Below, one piece after another: positions 9,601-23,506 of a stretch of 64,000 nt of DNA. This stretch comes from Euprymna scolopes. Taxonomy: Eukaryota. The notes under the pieces are model-generated. The model was not told where the DNA came from and did not search any database. It was given only the letters and a program-made list of their open reading frames with translations. The stretch lies in NCBI GenBank assembly GCA_053919585.1, contig CM132820.1; one strand, written 5' to 3'. How positions within the stretch are numbered: the first letter of the stretch is position 1; each line of letters begins with the position of its first letter. A program made the translations under genes and the position numbers.

Positions 9601-12600
9601 TAGATGCACGTTACAGTCTTCACCACAAACAGAACTCTTTTCCGATATTTCAAGAAGATAATTTTAATTTTGTCCCCATTTTTGGGATGATATGCTGTCT
9701 GGCCTGTGTGTAACAAACTAAGAATGACAGTGCTGTGGTTGATCCTATATCGCTAGCAAAATTTTTACATTTCTTTGCACTCCCCACCCCATCTCATCTA
9801 GTCAAGCACCCCTTCACTGTAGTATGCCTCTCGTTGCATGCACTCCTGATACCCTATCGTGTCACATTTCAGCAATATATTTTTTATTTGTTTGATTATT
9901 AATGATTAAAATTTATTTTATTACAGCTTATACTGAGTAATACCAACTGCATTCTGTTTAAAACATAAATGAGGAAAATGTAATATTCTAGTTGCTTTTG
10001 CAAATTCGATTTTTGGTTGATTTTGCATATCTTATGATGTCACTTGTTTAACTTAAAAATAGAAGATAATTATATTTTACAATTCCATTGTGTATGTCTT
10101 AAGTAATGCTACTAAGTACTGATTACTTGATTCACCATTAGACACCATGAGTTGTGTGGCATTGTTATTCCTTTTTACATACCTTTTTAGTCAGTGGTCA
10201 TAAAATATTAAAACCAGTATCAATAGGAAGGAGACATTAAAAGGAACCAATTGCATCACACTGAACAGATTAAATTGCAATTGAAAAGATCTTAATACAC
10301 ATTAACTTATCAGCACTTAGGTAGTTGTTGAAGAATACAATGTTTGCCGGGTGGGTAATAATAAATGAAGTGATATACATAATACTGTAAATTCACAAGT
10401 TTTACAAGCAAGTAACGCAGCAGAAAGTTATGTTTAATTCAATTAAAGAGGCTACAAAACAACGAAATTGTTATTTTTGCTTGGATTCCATCATGTAGCA
10501 CACCAGTAATATCCAAAAACAAGTTACTTAGTTGATTATAGATAGTAAAATAAAGTTGTACTACTAGGCAATCAATATAGACTAAATTCGAAATTATCTG
10601 ACTGGGAATAAGTAAGAAGAAATTATGAGAGGAAATGTGGCTAGAAAACAAATTACACTTCTTCATGAAGGCGATCATGTGAGAGTAAAACCTATCAATA
10701 AAACGATAATAGATTGATTTTACTAGAGAAGAATGAAAGGCGACTTATTTTAAAAAAACGATTGAACAAGTAATTATGACAACAAATATGATGCAGTAGA
10801 AAGTGGGGTTAATATGGTCAACAATAATTTGTTTAATCTTTTTAAATTCACATTTTTAAACAAAGGTATCAATTTATGTATTTACGGACTGTTATCCTAA
10901 TCTCGATAATTGTTGTTTCACGATACTCCAGCTAGCTATTCACCTAGCCTTCATCAGCTATTTTATTGTGAAGGGGTAAAAATGGTAAGTTTTTTAACTG
11001 TATTCTCAGTAGTTACTGCCTTCCATAGTTGTTTTCTCAACATGTTTTGGCCAACTACTCCTCTGGCTAGCTTTGAGTAGGATTGAAACTGCTATCTCTA
11101 GATTATGCTCACCTGGAACTGTAGAGAATCAATGCCTCTATCCATAACAGTCTGCAAATAAATAAATTACTCATCTCAAAGGATTCCAATAATTAAAAAC
11201 AAATCTATCAAGTCAGATATATTTGCGAAATTATCAGCACATGTCAGTTCATATTTTACCTTTCACTTTCTGAGATACACTTTCTTTAAAGTTCCATATG
11301 CTTATCCATTTGATGGGGTAAACTTACCTAATCTGAGAGACATATTTGCCTAAATTCTTTCAGATATATTTTTCTTGCTAATATATTAAAATATTGTAAT
11401 CGAGCTAGAGAAAAGATTTCCCCTTTTTTTTATTTATTTTGATAATCATTATTCAAGCAGGCAAACAAAATGTTCTAATTATGACTGGTTTTAAAAATAA
11501 TATGTGTGCATTTTTGTAAAGGATATCTCTTAAAACTATTTCTCTCTGTATATAAAAGGCAAATTCAGCGCACCAATTTTTATGTCATGCAAAGGCTTTT
11601 TTTTTGCTGGGGTTCTCCGGGGGGGGTGTACTATACCTAAGAACTGTTTATATACTTCCTAGATTGTAATATCTACGATTTGCAAAGTGATGTTGTGTTT
11701 AGATTTATTTTAATTGACTTTTGTAAAATTTGTGCTATTTAGTTGTGTCGCATGTTTGTTTGGCTTTTTAGTATAAATAAACAAACTAATGGAATGAAGG
11801 TAATTCTTAGATATCATCTAGAAACAAAACAAAACCAAAGAAACTGCTTTGCAGCCAAAGTTAAGTGCGGGATTTTATTTCCCCTATGGCGTGATGTTTG
11901 ACCTCATTAAATTTACACACCTGTCACATAACTTTTTAATCATTTAATTTCATCCACTCTTATTCCACTGCCTTCGTAGCATCGAGGTATGTTATCACCC
12001 TTTTTCTTTTTTGCTTCTGCATCAATGATTCAGGTTCGAGCCTACTTCCCTCCCAAAACGTTTTTCTTTTACACAAACAAACACACGGACACCCCGTTAG
12101 TATTACATAAACAGAATTAGTATCACGATTTGATGTTGTTAATTAATGAGAAGAGCAAATTAATTTATTTTGTAAACAAACTATTATTGCAAAAAATTTA
12201 CTCATTATGATATGAATTTTATCAATAATGAAATTTTAGACTTTTTAATAAAAATCTACATGATAATTAAAATTTTTCACATTAATTGTATCTTTTTAAA
12301 TTTATTTTATATTTGCAGAATTTGCATTAATGGAACGAAATCAACAATTGCATTTGAATGGATCTTCATACAATTGATTGCATAAAAACATCTAAATATA
12401 TTTCGAAAGTTCCTCTGAAGCATGTGACTCTTTTTGATCAAATCAAATTTATTAAAAAAAACTCAAATTTTGTTCTTAGCATGTTTGTTTTCCCTATTCA
12501 TTTAAAAATATTAGCTGAAATGTAACAAATCCACAGACAATTAAAAATAAATTAAATATTTAAAATGAAAAACAAAATCGTATTCCAAATTTTCAAAGAA

Positions 12601-12912
12601 TACAACTATGATGTTAATTAGTAAAACTGAAATAAGAGCAAAAAAGGTCTGGTGACATTTAATAAAAACATTACTGTTTTATTCACAATTGTTTTATACT
12701 AAAAATATATATTTTTAATTAAAATCAGTACATGAAAATTCACATTACCATAAAAAACAAAACGAACAGAAAAATATTTGAATATATATGGTTTGTTCTT
12801 TACTGACATGTAATTTTTGTTTTGGTATATTCACAGATATTCTTGAGGTAGATCAAATCCCTGTTAAGTATCTTGCTATTCTCCAATAAAATAGGCAAGG
12901 TTGTTGAATTAT

Positions 12913-13788
12913 ATGCAAACTGATATGGGAGACAAACATTCAAGTAAAGTGTGTGGTTCATTTAAAGTTAAATCAAAGTTATCACAGCATATACAAATAC
13001 ATACAGGAGATAAACCATATTCTTGTGAAGTATGTGGTTCTTCTTTTGCACGAAAGTCAAATCTGTCACAGCATATGCGAACACATACTGGAGACAAACC
13101 ACATTCTTGTGAATTATGTGGTTCTACATTTGCACAGAAGTCACATTTGTTGCGTCATACTAGAACACACACAGGAGATAAACCATATTCTTGTGAAGTA
13201 TGTGATTCTTCTTTTGCACGGAAGTTACATTTGGAGAATCATATTCAAACACATACAGGAGAGAAACCATATTTTTGTAATGTATGTGGTTCTTCCTTTA
13301 CACGGAATTCAACTTTGTCACAGCATATGCGAACACATACAGGAGAAAAACCACATTCTTGTAAAGCATGTGGTTTTTCTTTTACCCAGAAAGCACATTT
13401 GTTATGCCATATGCTAACACATACGGGAGAGAAACCACATTCTTGTGAAGTATGTGGTTCTTCTTTTACACAGCAAGTAACTTTATTGCGTCACATTCGA
13501 ACACATACAGGAGATAAACCATATTCTTGTGAAGTATGTGGTTCTTCTTTTGCGCAGAAGTCAAATCTGTCTCAGCATATGCGAACACATACTGGAGACA
13601 AACCACATTCTTGTGAATTATGTGGTTGTACATTTGCACAGATGTCACATTTGTTGCGTCATATTAGAACACATACAGGAAAGAAACTGCATTCTTGTGA
13701 ATTCTGTGGTTCTTCTTTTGCACGGAAGGAAAATTTATTTCAGCATATCCAGAAACATATGGGAGACAAAACAAATAGCACCACGTAA
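12913..13788 (+). CDS. Tandem C2H2 zinc-finger protein ZNF-1 (9 intact fingers plus 1 degenerate)
   Basis: CxxC-x12-HxxxH repeats with TG(E/D)KP linkers; first in-frame ATG at 12913; candidate acceptor TTTATATTTGCAG ending at 12318. Confidence 0.85.
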   Translation: MQTDMGDKHSSKVCGSFKVKSKLSQHIQIHTGDKPYSCEVCGSSFARKSNLSQHMRTHTGDKPHSCELCGSTFAQKSHLLRHTRTHTGDKPYSCEVCDSSFARKLHLENHIQTHTGEKPYFCNVCGSSFTRNSTLSQHMRTHTGEKPHSCKACGFSFTQKAHLLCHMLTHTGEKPHSCEVCGSSFTQQVTLLRHIRTHTGDKPYSCEVCGSSFAQKSNLSQHMRTHTGDKPHSCELCGCTFAQMSHLLRHIRTHTGKKLHSCEFCGSSFARKENLFQHIQKHMGDKTNSTT

Positions 13789-14126
13789 TCATTATAATAG
13801 TTGTTTCACCAGACTGTTAAGTGGTGAAGAGGAGAAACCAGTAAAAGGGGATACCACTCTTATACCAAAATGAAAAAAGGCAACATTTACTAGTAAATAT
13901 GGACCTATCTGATGCTTCACTACAACCTACTATGATCTTCTCAGGCCTCAACGCAGACAGCAGATATGAATACTTTTGCTTTGAGCCATATCTGGAAAAA
14001 AGCCGAAGTTCATAGATACTAATGACCAGTTTTTTATTAATAAAACATCTTAAAAAATTAGAAAATAGCAGAAGATCGATGCATGGCTTGCATTGATTAT
14101 CAAAAGGCATGTGATAGTATGCCTCT
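13770..14126 (+). mobile_element. R4/Dong-like RT fragment overlapping the ZNF-1 stop codon
   Basis: HYNSCFTRLLSGEEEKP...TTLIPK...SKYGPI..FTTTY and IDYQKACDSMP match HYAKAFNRIISGDEEPP...TSLIPK...SKYRPICCLTTTY and IDYKKAFDSIP of the element at 28-30 kb. Confidence 0.8.
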
Positions 14127-14329
14127 CACCAGAAAGTACACGAATGTGCAATATAGCTTGTTATTAGGAAGAGGATTTTAAAAAAGATCTTTTTATCAAA
14201 AACTTTACTGTCGGTATGGCGAAGTTGCTACAGAAAGGTTAACTCTTTGGCAATAGCAACGGAAGATTTACAGACATAACACCTATATGCAGGGATTGAA
14301 AAAAAAACGGACAGCAAAACTTTACCATG

Positions 14330-16620
14330 TCACCTACTGTACCAGGATATGTTACCTCAATTAGTTACAGCACTGACTAATTAGTCATTGAAAGAAATCA
14401 TGAAAAAGCAATTATATGAATGCCTAAAGTGAGTGCAAAATATGTTGATGCAGTTACGAGTGTTGTATTAGTTAATCCATTGGACAAATACGAAGTTAGG
14501 AAGAGTAACTTGTACATATGCTTGCCATGGCGTCTTTTGTAAATAAAGCATGTATTCTATATCTATTGTTCCTTATCCATTCTTTATCACAGCTCTCCTA
14601 TTGTGTCAGGAGTCGGATTACAATAGAATACGTTTTGGAAATAATGTATAAGCAGTGATATTTGCTGTTCACACAAGTTAAAATAAAAAGATGTCCATAC
14701 GTGCAGCCACTAAAAACGAAAGATAAAATAATTATACCAAATCAATTTGCTCTAGCATCGTTACTTCATCCCATGTTCCACTACCAAAAATAGATTGGTG
14801 CAGCGCGAACATCACCAAATCGATGGACAAATTTATTTGGCAGGTCAGGATTCATGTTGAAGGTGCAATGAACAATGTTGACGATATCAAAGATATATTT
14901 TGTTATGGGCTGGTGTCGAAGGACAAGAACTAAGCGACATATTCATCTTTTGGCATGAAGAAGAAAGGACTGTCGGAAACTACATTATCCAGTTAAATTT
15001 TCGCTTGGCAAGACAGGAATTGCTGCAGTGCAGACAAAATTCAAATGAATCACTCATTTTTGAAACGGTTTCGTTAAATAATCAAACACTGTGAGTAAGA
15101 CCAAATAGTTGAGGATACCCTTGTAGTCGATCTCTTCATATTCGGAATGTATCTAAAGTCAGTACAGATGTGCTTAATCAAAGAAGGTAATGATCTGACT
15201 ATAGCAAGAGCGTTATGCATTATATAGAGAAAGAAGACGACTTGCAACAAATTGAAGCAATACGCATCCCAGTGGAAAAGAGCATTGCACATGCAATTCA
15301 GGCTAGGAATAGTAAAAAGCCAACATGGTGCAAATACTTGAGGAGTGTTTCCAACAAAAGGAAAATCATGCATGATATGCAACAAAAAAAGACACTGTGC
15401 CAAAACGGGAGATAAATGTACAGAAAAGCATTACAAAGCTACAGTAGCATAAAAACAGACGAATACACTTGGTCACATAAGGCGAAAGTGACATTAGTGG
15501 TTCCAGAGAAGACATTTATTTCTACTCTGTTCAGCAGTTACCATCATCCACTACCGAGGCATATGCTAAATTAACAATTGGCAATAGTCAGATGCAAATA
15601 GACATTAATGTGACGGTCGATACAGGTGCTATGAGCAAACTTTTATCCAAGGAAATATACAATAGACTACATGGAGTATCACTCAAAGCAACAGCTATAT
15701 GGTTAATCGTATTCGGAAGAAACATGCCGGCTAGTGGTAAGAAAATTTGTCGGTGCTACACTCCATGTTGTGAATTCAAAAGGGCCCATATTGATAGGAC
15801 TACAGACATCAAAGAAGTTAGGGACCTAAATTTAGCTGTGAAGTCAGTCGATACAAACAGTTAAAAAATTATCAGGTGCAAACAAACGATGACCAAACAT
15901 CACAAAAAATAAAGCCCGTTCCAATGCAAAGATCGAGTTGGGAAAGGAATTTTAATAAAAGAAAAAAATGATTTGGAAATTCCCTGAGATATTTGACACT
16001 GTTGTCTACCTGGCTAATTTACTATTTATGTGGGCACCGAAGTATCCCCCATTGTACACCCACCACAACGAATTTCGATAGCTCTCAAAAAGATGTTAAA
16101 ATTGGAATTAGACTCCTTAGTAGCACAAGGCATATCTTCAGTGACTGAACCAACACCATGGGTGAACTCATTTGTGTCTGTGACCAAAAACATGCCTAGA
16201 CCCTCGGGACCAAAATAAAGCAGTGTGAAGACCATATTATGCAACGTTGTAGGATGTCACCATTGAGCTAAATGGCGCAAGATGTTTCAGAACCGTCTAC
16301 ATTAAATCTGGGTACTGGCATCTAAAACTGGACGATTATTCAAGAAGACTCACAACATTCATAATACCATATCAAACATAGAGAGGAACATTTTAGCCAT
16401 CGTTTTTGACTTGGAGAGATTTCACCATTATGTGTGGAATCACAGAATAACTATTCACAGAGATCATAAGTCATTGGAATCGATAGTGCTAAAAAAATTA
16501 AGACTTGCAAAGATGCTACTGAAAGTAGAAGGATACGATATCACTGTAAATTATACTCCAGGAAAAACAATACCAATTGCAGACTACCTATCACGCATAT
16601 CACCTAGGCCTAGCAAGTAT
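14330..16620 (+). mobile_element. Decayed Gypsy (Mag-like) LTR retrotransposon with canonical tRNA-Leu-type PBS
   Basis: AATAAA near 14542; TTGTGTCAGGAGTCGGAT at 14601 resembles the canonical TGGTGTCAG(A/G)AGTGGGAT; protease VTVDTGA; RT start PIVHPPQRISIAL...EPTPWVNS; RNaseH LAIVFDLERFHHYV...DHKSLE...IADYLSR. Confidence 0.75.
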
Positions 16621-16899
16621 ATTGAAAGCGATAGTAGAAACGGTCCAGGAAGAGAACCCCTCACCCTTTAACGCTCTCATTTTTACTCTCTCTCTCTTTT
16701 GCGGTCTTCTCTTTGTCTCTTGGTTTTGTGTTTTGCTGAGATGCAGACTAGCCCAGTGGCCTATTTTGCCACATGTGTTGCATGTATAATTCTTGGCAGG
16801 ACAGTTTTCTTTGCCAAAACAGTGGCTGCCTCTAAAATTTTTGCAAGCCTGTCCATTGTCAAATTATCGATCCACATTTGAAGTTTACTATCCATGGCT

Positions 16900-17810
16900 A
16901 TATACTCAATTATATTTGGTCGACGTACAAGGAGCAGCCATATTGGGCTAGCCAACATCAGTAGCTCTTAGAGTAGTGACAATAAACTCTGCTATCTCAG
17001 CCCAGCACAATCCATCAACAGTGTGTAGCTGATGTAATGCACCTCTACCCTGATAGAGTCGACCGCATTGGTGAAGTTTAGGCTCACAAGCCTTTTGTCA
17101 ACCCCAATGTACCATGGTACACAGATCCACCGAGAAGAACACGCATAGCCATGCACGAACAAATAAACGCACAAATCGATAAGATAGAATAACAAGAAGC
17201 CATTCGCCGCATTAAATACCCCACAAACTGGGTAAGCTCTCTCACATGTAACCAAACCTGACAACATAATAAGAGTTTTCCTAGACACATGAGCACTAAA
17301 CAAAGCTCTCATACGTTCATACCATCAAATTCCGACTGTGGAAAAACTCAACCATCGAATCACAGGAGCAAAATTCTTTTCTAAGTTGGATGCTAAGTTT
17401 GGATTCTTATCAATAAAGCTTGATCGTGAAAGCGAGCCACTAACAACGTTACAAGCGCCAGTTGGAAGATGTTGTTTTGAACGAATGCCGTTTGGTTTAA
17501 GTGTCAGTCCGGATATCTACAAATTAAAGATGGACAGGATACTCAATACTTGAGAAGTGCACTGGAACCTGTGGTATAGCTGACGATATCAAAATATATG
17601 GGTCGGTAGAACATGAACACAAGGAAAACCCAATTCGTTTTATGGAAGTAACTACTGAAGAAGGTCTTACATTGAATTCGGAGAAATACAATGTCAAACG
17701 CGAGAAAAACTTCTTTGTTGATTGAAACCAGAACCAGAAAAAACGATGTGACCTACAGATGTCACAACCGCATAACTAATCAGAATTACAAGTTTTGGGT
17801 GTGATGACAT
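16900..17810 (+). mobile_element. Second Gypsy RT fragment
   Basis: DPPRRTRIAM...YPTNWVSSL...GAKFFSKLDAKFGF...FERMPFGLSVSPDIY...GIADDI. Confidence 0.8.
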
Positions 17811-18105
17811 CTATCCACTAGCGTAGCAAGGAGGGGGGTTGGAGGTGGTATGCCCCAATTCTTCATCCATGCTAAGGTGCGAAAATAGTCGAAAATAGAA
17901 TTTATTTATTATATATTATGCAATTTTTAAGTTTTGGTTAAAAAAAATTTTTTTTTAGAATATTACAAACTCTTAAATAAAATTAATTAGTGATTGAAAA
18001 ATCTTTTTGCCGATTTTTATTGAAAACTCTAAAGCCTGTACTTTTGAAATCATTTGATGAAATTCATTTCATTTTTTAACTGTGAAAATAAATTAGAAAG
18101 AAAGT

Positions 18106-18166
<61 letters not shown>

Positions 18167-18699
18167 CCGGTGATCTTCGAGCCAGCATTGGTAAACCAAT
18201 GGTAAAAAAGTGTGAAAAAAATGTTCTATCAATTTCCAAGTGTTGGCGTAAAGTAAAGTGAGCATTAAAGGAATTAATGAATTCAAGAGTTTTCAAACCT
18301 CTATGCAAAAACATTTTTTTTTTTTTACATTTCTTTGGTTTCAGTTTATGTGTCTGTACGGTGAAATATAAGGCAATAAATTCCAGACTACTGATAGAAA
18401 TTAGTTTTTCATATCGTTTGACAATTTAGTTTTCGCGTTTCTCAGCTACTGATAAGGCACACAAATTTTCAAAGATAAAAATGTAAGTGTATACGTGTTA
18501 AAATATTTTAAAGACAATCAAAATGTGTTTCATGAATTGACAATTTAATTCAAGTCTGATGTAAATAAATTCATATTGATTATCCCACATATAGTATGGC
18601 TCTACCCAAGTTCCACCACGACTGATTCTTGTTTCGCATCTACATAACACTTAACCTTATCCCTGAGTGGTGTTCGTTATATATATATGTGTGCGTTCA

Positions 18700-19179
18700 A
18701 ACATACATTGTACACAATATGACGGCGGGAAAGGATGTAAAAAAGGAACCGAACACAAATTTTAGCGAAACGAAATTAGCAAGTCGACTGTACAACCTAG
18801 CATTTTTTTCATACTACTTTTTTCTTAACCAAAAAAGACATTAAAATTGCTTCGTTTGCTATTCTGGAGGATTACATTATTGTTTAGTTATTTCATTACC
18901 TTTTGTTTATTAGAATGTTATGTGAAACTATAATCTGGTTGAATAAAAAAGATTTAGTTATCTCATTTCATTATTAACATATTCATAACTAGTACAGATT
19001 AGTTAACAATTAAAACACGCTTATTATTAGTAGTTGTTATCTGCAGTCGAGTAGTTTTTTCTTGCTGAGCTGTACAGTCGACTTGATAATTTCGTTTCTA
19101 TAAGATTTGCGTTCTGTTCCATTTTTTGCATCTGTGCGCCATCTACTGTACGACATTTGATTAACATTGACAAACACAC

Positions 19180-19230
<51 letters not shown>

Positions 19231-19430
19231 ATCTTGAGAAGAATCGTCGGGAAGATAGCGGCCGTGAACGGATGTTAAAAATGGAATGGAACACAATTTT
19301 AGCGAAACGAAATTAACGAATTGACTGTATAGCCTAGCAATAAAAAACGACTCAATTGCTGATAACACAAGCGTGTTTTAATGTTTAACTACTCTGTACT
19401 TGTTATATGTTGATAATGAAATGAAATAAC
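18700..19430. mobile_element. MITE-like sequences with long inverted repeats flanking a (TA)n tract
   Basis: Block GGAAC...TTTTAGCGAAACGAAATTA...GTCGACTGTACA is forward at about 18745-18800, inverted at about 19050-19130 and forward again at about 19270-19340. 18957-19130 is inverted relative to 19270-19430. Confidence 0.6.
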
Positions 19431-19604
19431 GTGCGCACGCACACACACACACACATAAATATATATGTGTGTGTGTTTGTGTGTGTATAATACTCTAAAC
19501 TCTAGTCTTACACACACCCTCGTCTCTGTACGAAAGAGACATCTATCAAATCACGTGGATTTAAACAAGCTTGGAATTTTGACAAAGCCTATTCATCAAT
19601 AAAC

Positions 19605-22600
19605 ATGGCGTATGCAATTCCACCACCAGCAAAAATGGAAATGGATGGGGATTTGCGAGAAAACTGGGCGCTTTTGAAACTAACATGGGAGAACTACGCA
19701 GCCGCGACGGAAATTGGGGGGGGGGGAAACAGCAAGCGTACGGGTAGGCACACTTCTTTCACTAATCGGCAAGGAATGTCTGCAAATGTACAAAACCTGC
19801 CAATATCGGCTGAGGAACGACCAGACAAAAAATTTTTTGGAAAGACTGACAAAGTTCTTTGAACCTAAACAGAACATCATATACCAACGGAATACATTTA
19901 ATTCCTGTACACAGGAACAGGGCGAAATATTTGACGCGTATTTGATCAAACTAAGACACTTAATCAAAATGTGCGACTACGATGTTCTTGAGGATGAGCT
20001 ACTGCGTGACCGAATAGTAACAGGCACCAGTAATAATAATGTTTGGGCCAGGCTCCTCAGTGAATCTGGACTCACCCTAGACTGGGCAATAGATATTTGC
20101 AGGAGCACCGAACAGGCTGAACAACAGCTCGGCAAACTGAACAACCCAACAGAAACTATCCACTACACCAAGGGAGATAAGAGAAAGCCACGAGAATTAA
20201 TAAAGGACTGCAAATTCTGTGGGCAGAGCCACGACAAAGGAAAGTGTCAGGGTTATGGACTCACATGTGCTATCTGCTTAAAGCGCAACCATATTGCCAG
20301 AGTATGCAAATCACATGCGTAACCTACCCCATCACAACGGCAAAATAAATCTTCAGCATAGCGAACTGCAAAGGTGCGCTACATGGAAACAGGAGCAGTC
20401 AGAAGTGAAGAAAGCATTTATGCCCTGAGATGTCTCACAGATCTCAAACACTATCAGGTAGACGTTTGCATATCTACCACGGGAGACAGCACAAAAACCT
20501 TATGTAAATTCCAAATTGACACTGGGGCCAGCTGCAGTACCTTGGCCTTTGCTAACTACAACCGCATTACTAAGGCACCGCTACAACCGTCTCTCACAAA
20601 GTTGAAGCTGTATGACAATCCTATACTTCAACCTTTAGGCTCAATAACACTCCACTGTGAAGTGAAGGCAATAAAAAAAGGTCACCTTCCAAGTCGTGGG
20701 TAGCAACTCACCATCATTACTTTCTGGACGGGCTAGCTCTGCACTGAAGCTAATAGCTTTTAACACAGAATATGTGTGACAGCTGAGCGAAGTAAAGGAG
20801 GCAAAACCAATGACAAAAGAAGAAATCCTCAGCAACTACAACAGCTTTTTCTCTGGACTGGGAAGGCTACCAGGAGAATATAAAATTGAATTTGAACAAG
20901 CCTATGCAAAATAGTCCTCGCGGAGTCCCTCTGCCACTTAAAGCGAAGTTAAAAAGAAAACTTGACGAAATCTCAATGAAGGAATAATAGCCTGGGTCAC
21001 TGAACCAACTTCATGGATCAACAATCTAGTTGTCATACAGAAACCTAATAAAATGCGAATATGCATTGACCCATATCACCTGAATAAGGCGATCAGGCGC
21101 AACCATTACCCAACCCCATCAGTCGAGGAAATCGCAATGAAAATGAAGAACGCCAGACTCTTCTCAGTTGCAGGTACCAAAGACGGCTTCCGTCAGGCCA
21201 TTCTAGACGAGCCATCCTCATATTTAACGACATGCTGGGCCCTCTTTGGCAGGATACGGTGGCTTCAAATGCCATTTGGAATCAGCTCAGCCCCCGAAGA
21301 ATGGCAGCGACGACTTGACTACTGTTTCGAAGGACTCCATAACATACAAGTGATGCCAGATGATACTATACTCCACGGGTCCGGTGATAGCGATGCAGAA
21401 GCTGAAAAAAGCCATGACGCTGCCCTTGTAGCACTTCTAGAAAGGTGCTGCAAACAAGGAGTAAAGCTCAACCCTAATAAGTTCAACTTCAAAAAAACCT
21501 CTGTTAGCAACATGGGGCATACTTTCAGTGCAAAACGGTTGTCACCAGATCCGGATAAAGTCAAAGCAATATCAGAGATGCAACGCCCTACGGATATCCA
21601 AGGCGTTCAGCGATTACTAGTAGTCGTAAACTGCCTCGCCAAGTTTGCACCCAAAGTCAGTATAAACCACTGCGACGCTTACTGGACAAGGAATTTCTTT
21701 GACTAGATGCCACAACATGGAACAGCATTTATTCAGATTAAAAAGCTCATCATTGAAGCCCCTATTCTTCATTATTATGACCTCAATAAGGAGGTCTCAC
21801 TTGAATGTGACAGCTCGGAAGTCGGTCTAGGGGCAGTCCTAACACAGAAAGGACATTCCGTTGCATATGCACCCCGAGCACTCACAAAAACTGAGCGAAA
21901 CTATGCCCAGATTAAGAAAGAGTGTCTTGCCATCGTATTCGCCACAGAACGTTTTGAACAATACATTCTCGGTAAGGAGAAAATCAAAGTATTCTCCGAT
22001 CATAAACCACTGGAGACAATACTCGCAAAACCCATTCATGTGAGCCCAAAGAGACTCCAGCAAATGTGGCTAAGGCTTAAAAAATACTTCCTAGACGATA
22101 ACTGCACATATGCCAACTGCAAAACAGGAACTCACAAGAGACTCGGAAAACATCAATATAGAAAATAGACTCTTTGTTACAGACCATCGCCTCTTACAGA
22201 TTCGAGAAGGGACCAGTCATGACACAACACTACAGACACTAATAAAGATTACATACTCGCAAAACCCACACCCCACTAAACATTAGAGAATACTGGCCAT
22301 ACCGCGACGAACTGTGTTCTGAAAATGGTCTAGCATATCGAGGCACACGGCTTATCATTCCAACCAAACTCAGACCCGAGATGATCACCAGAGCACACAG
22401 ATCTCACCTGGGCATTCAGTACACACTGAATACAGCCTGCGACATAATGTTCTGGCAACGAATGCATGCAGAGATCACTGAGGCAGCCCGAAGGTATGAA
22501 ACCTGTCAACTGACCCAACCTTAACAATAGCGACACCCTCTGATTACCCAACCAATACCAGTACACCCCTGGTAGTGTGTGGCCAGTGACTGCTTTGAAC

Positions 22601-23445
22601 GAAATGGTAAATACTTTGCGGTATTGGTTGACATATACTCTGATTTTGTGGAGGTCGGCCTGCTCTCAGACCTAAGTGTGAACTCCCTCGTCAAAGTGCT
22701 CAAACCCACCTTTGCTGCACATGGCGCACCAGCAAAAATGATAACTGACAATGCAACCAACTACACGAGCAGTGATTTCCATAGATTTCTGGAATCATGG
22801 GACATTGAACACATAACTTCTAGTCCTCACCACCATCAATTGAACGGACGGGCCGAAGCAGCAGTGAAATTGATGAAAGGCATTGTAAAGAAATCGACAA
22901 AGGAAAACACAGATATGTGGAAAGCCATACTAGAATGGCGCAATGCTACAACACCTGGTATGCACAGCTCACCAGCACAAAGATTTTTTCTAGGTGCACT
23001 CGCTCCATGCTACCCTGCAAAACCACAGATTGCACACCGCAAGTGCAAGCACAGGTACAAGATATCCTCATAAAAAAGACGACAAACGGCGAAAACATAT
23101 TATGACCGTCATACCAAGCCACTACCCAATCTCACCATAGGACAGCCTGTAAGGGTGAAATGCCACCCACAGATCCCTAACAGCAACTGGGAATTGGGTA
23201 CAGTCATTAGTAAAGTAGCTCCACACAGTTATGGGGTCGAAGTAAACGGAAAATGTTATAGAAGAAATAGAATCCACATCCGCCAACCAACCGCTCTCCC
23301 AACGGGTGTAGACTCCATACCACAACATGCCTCCACGCCACAGCATCTGAAACAAAGATTATCAGGCAAACCCAGGGCTACAACGATCCCCAAAACAACT
23401 TCGTAGGTCTACGCGGATGATCAAACCCCCTGTACAATTGAGAGA

Positions 23446-23506
<61 letters not shown>

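Noticed and set aside
17816-18625. Possible hAT-type MITE starting CACTAGCGTAGC
   Set aside because: The right TIR is too degenerate and no TSD was found.
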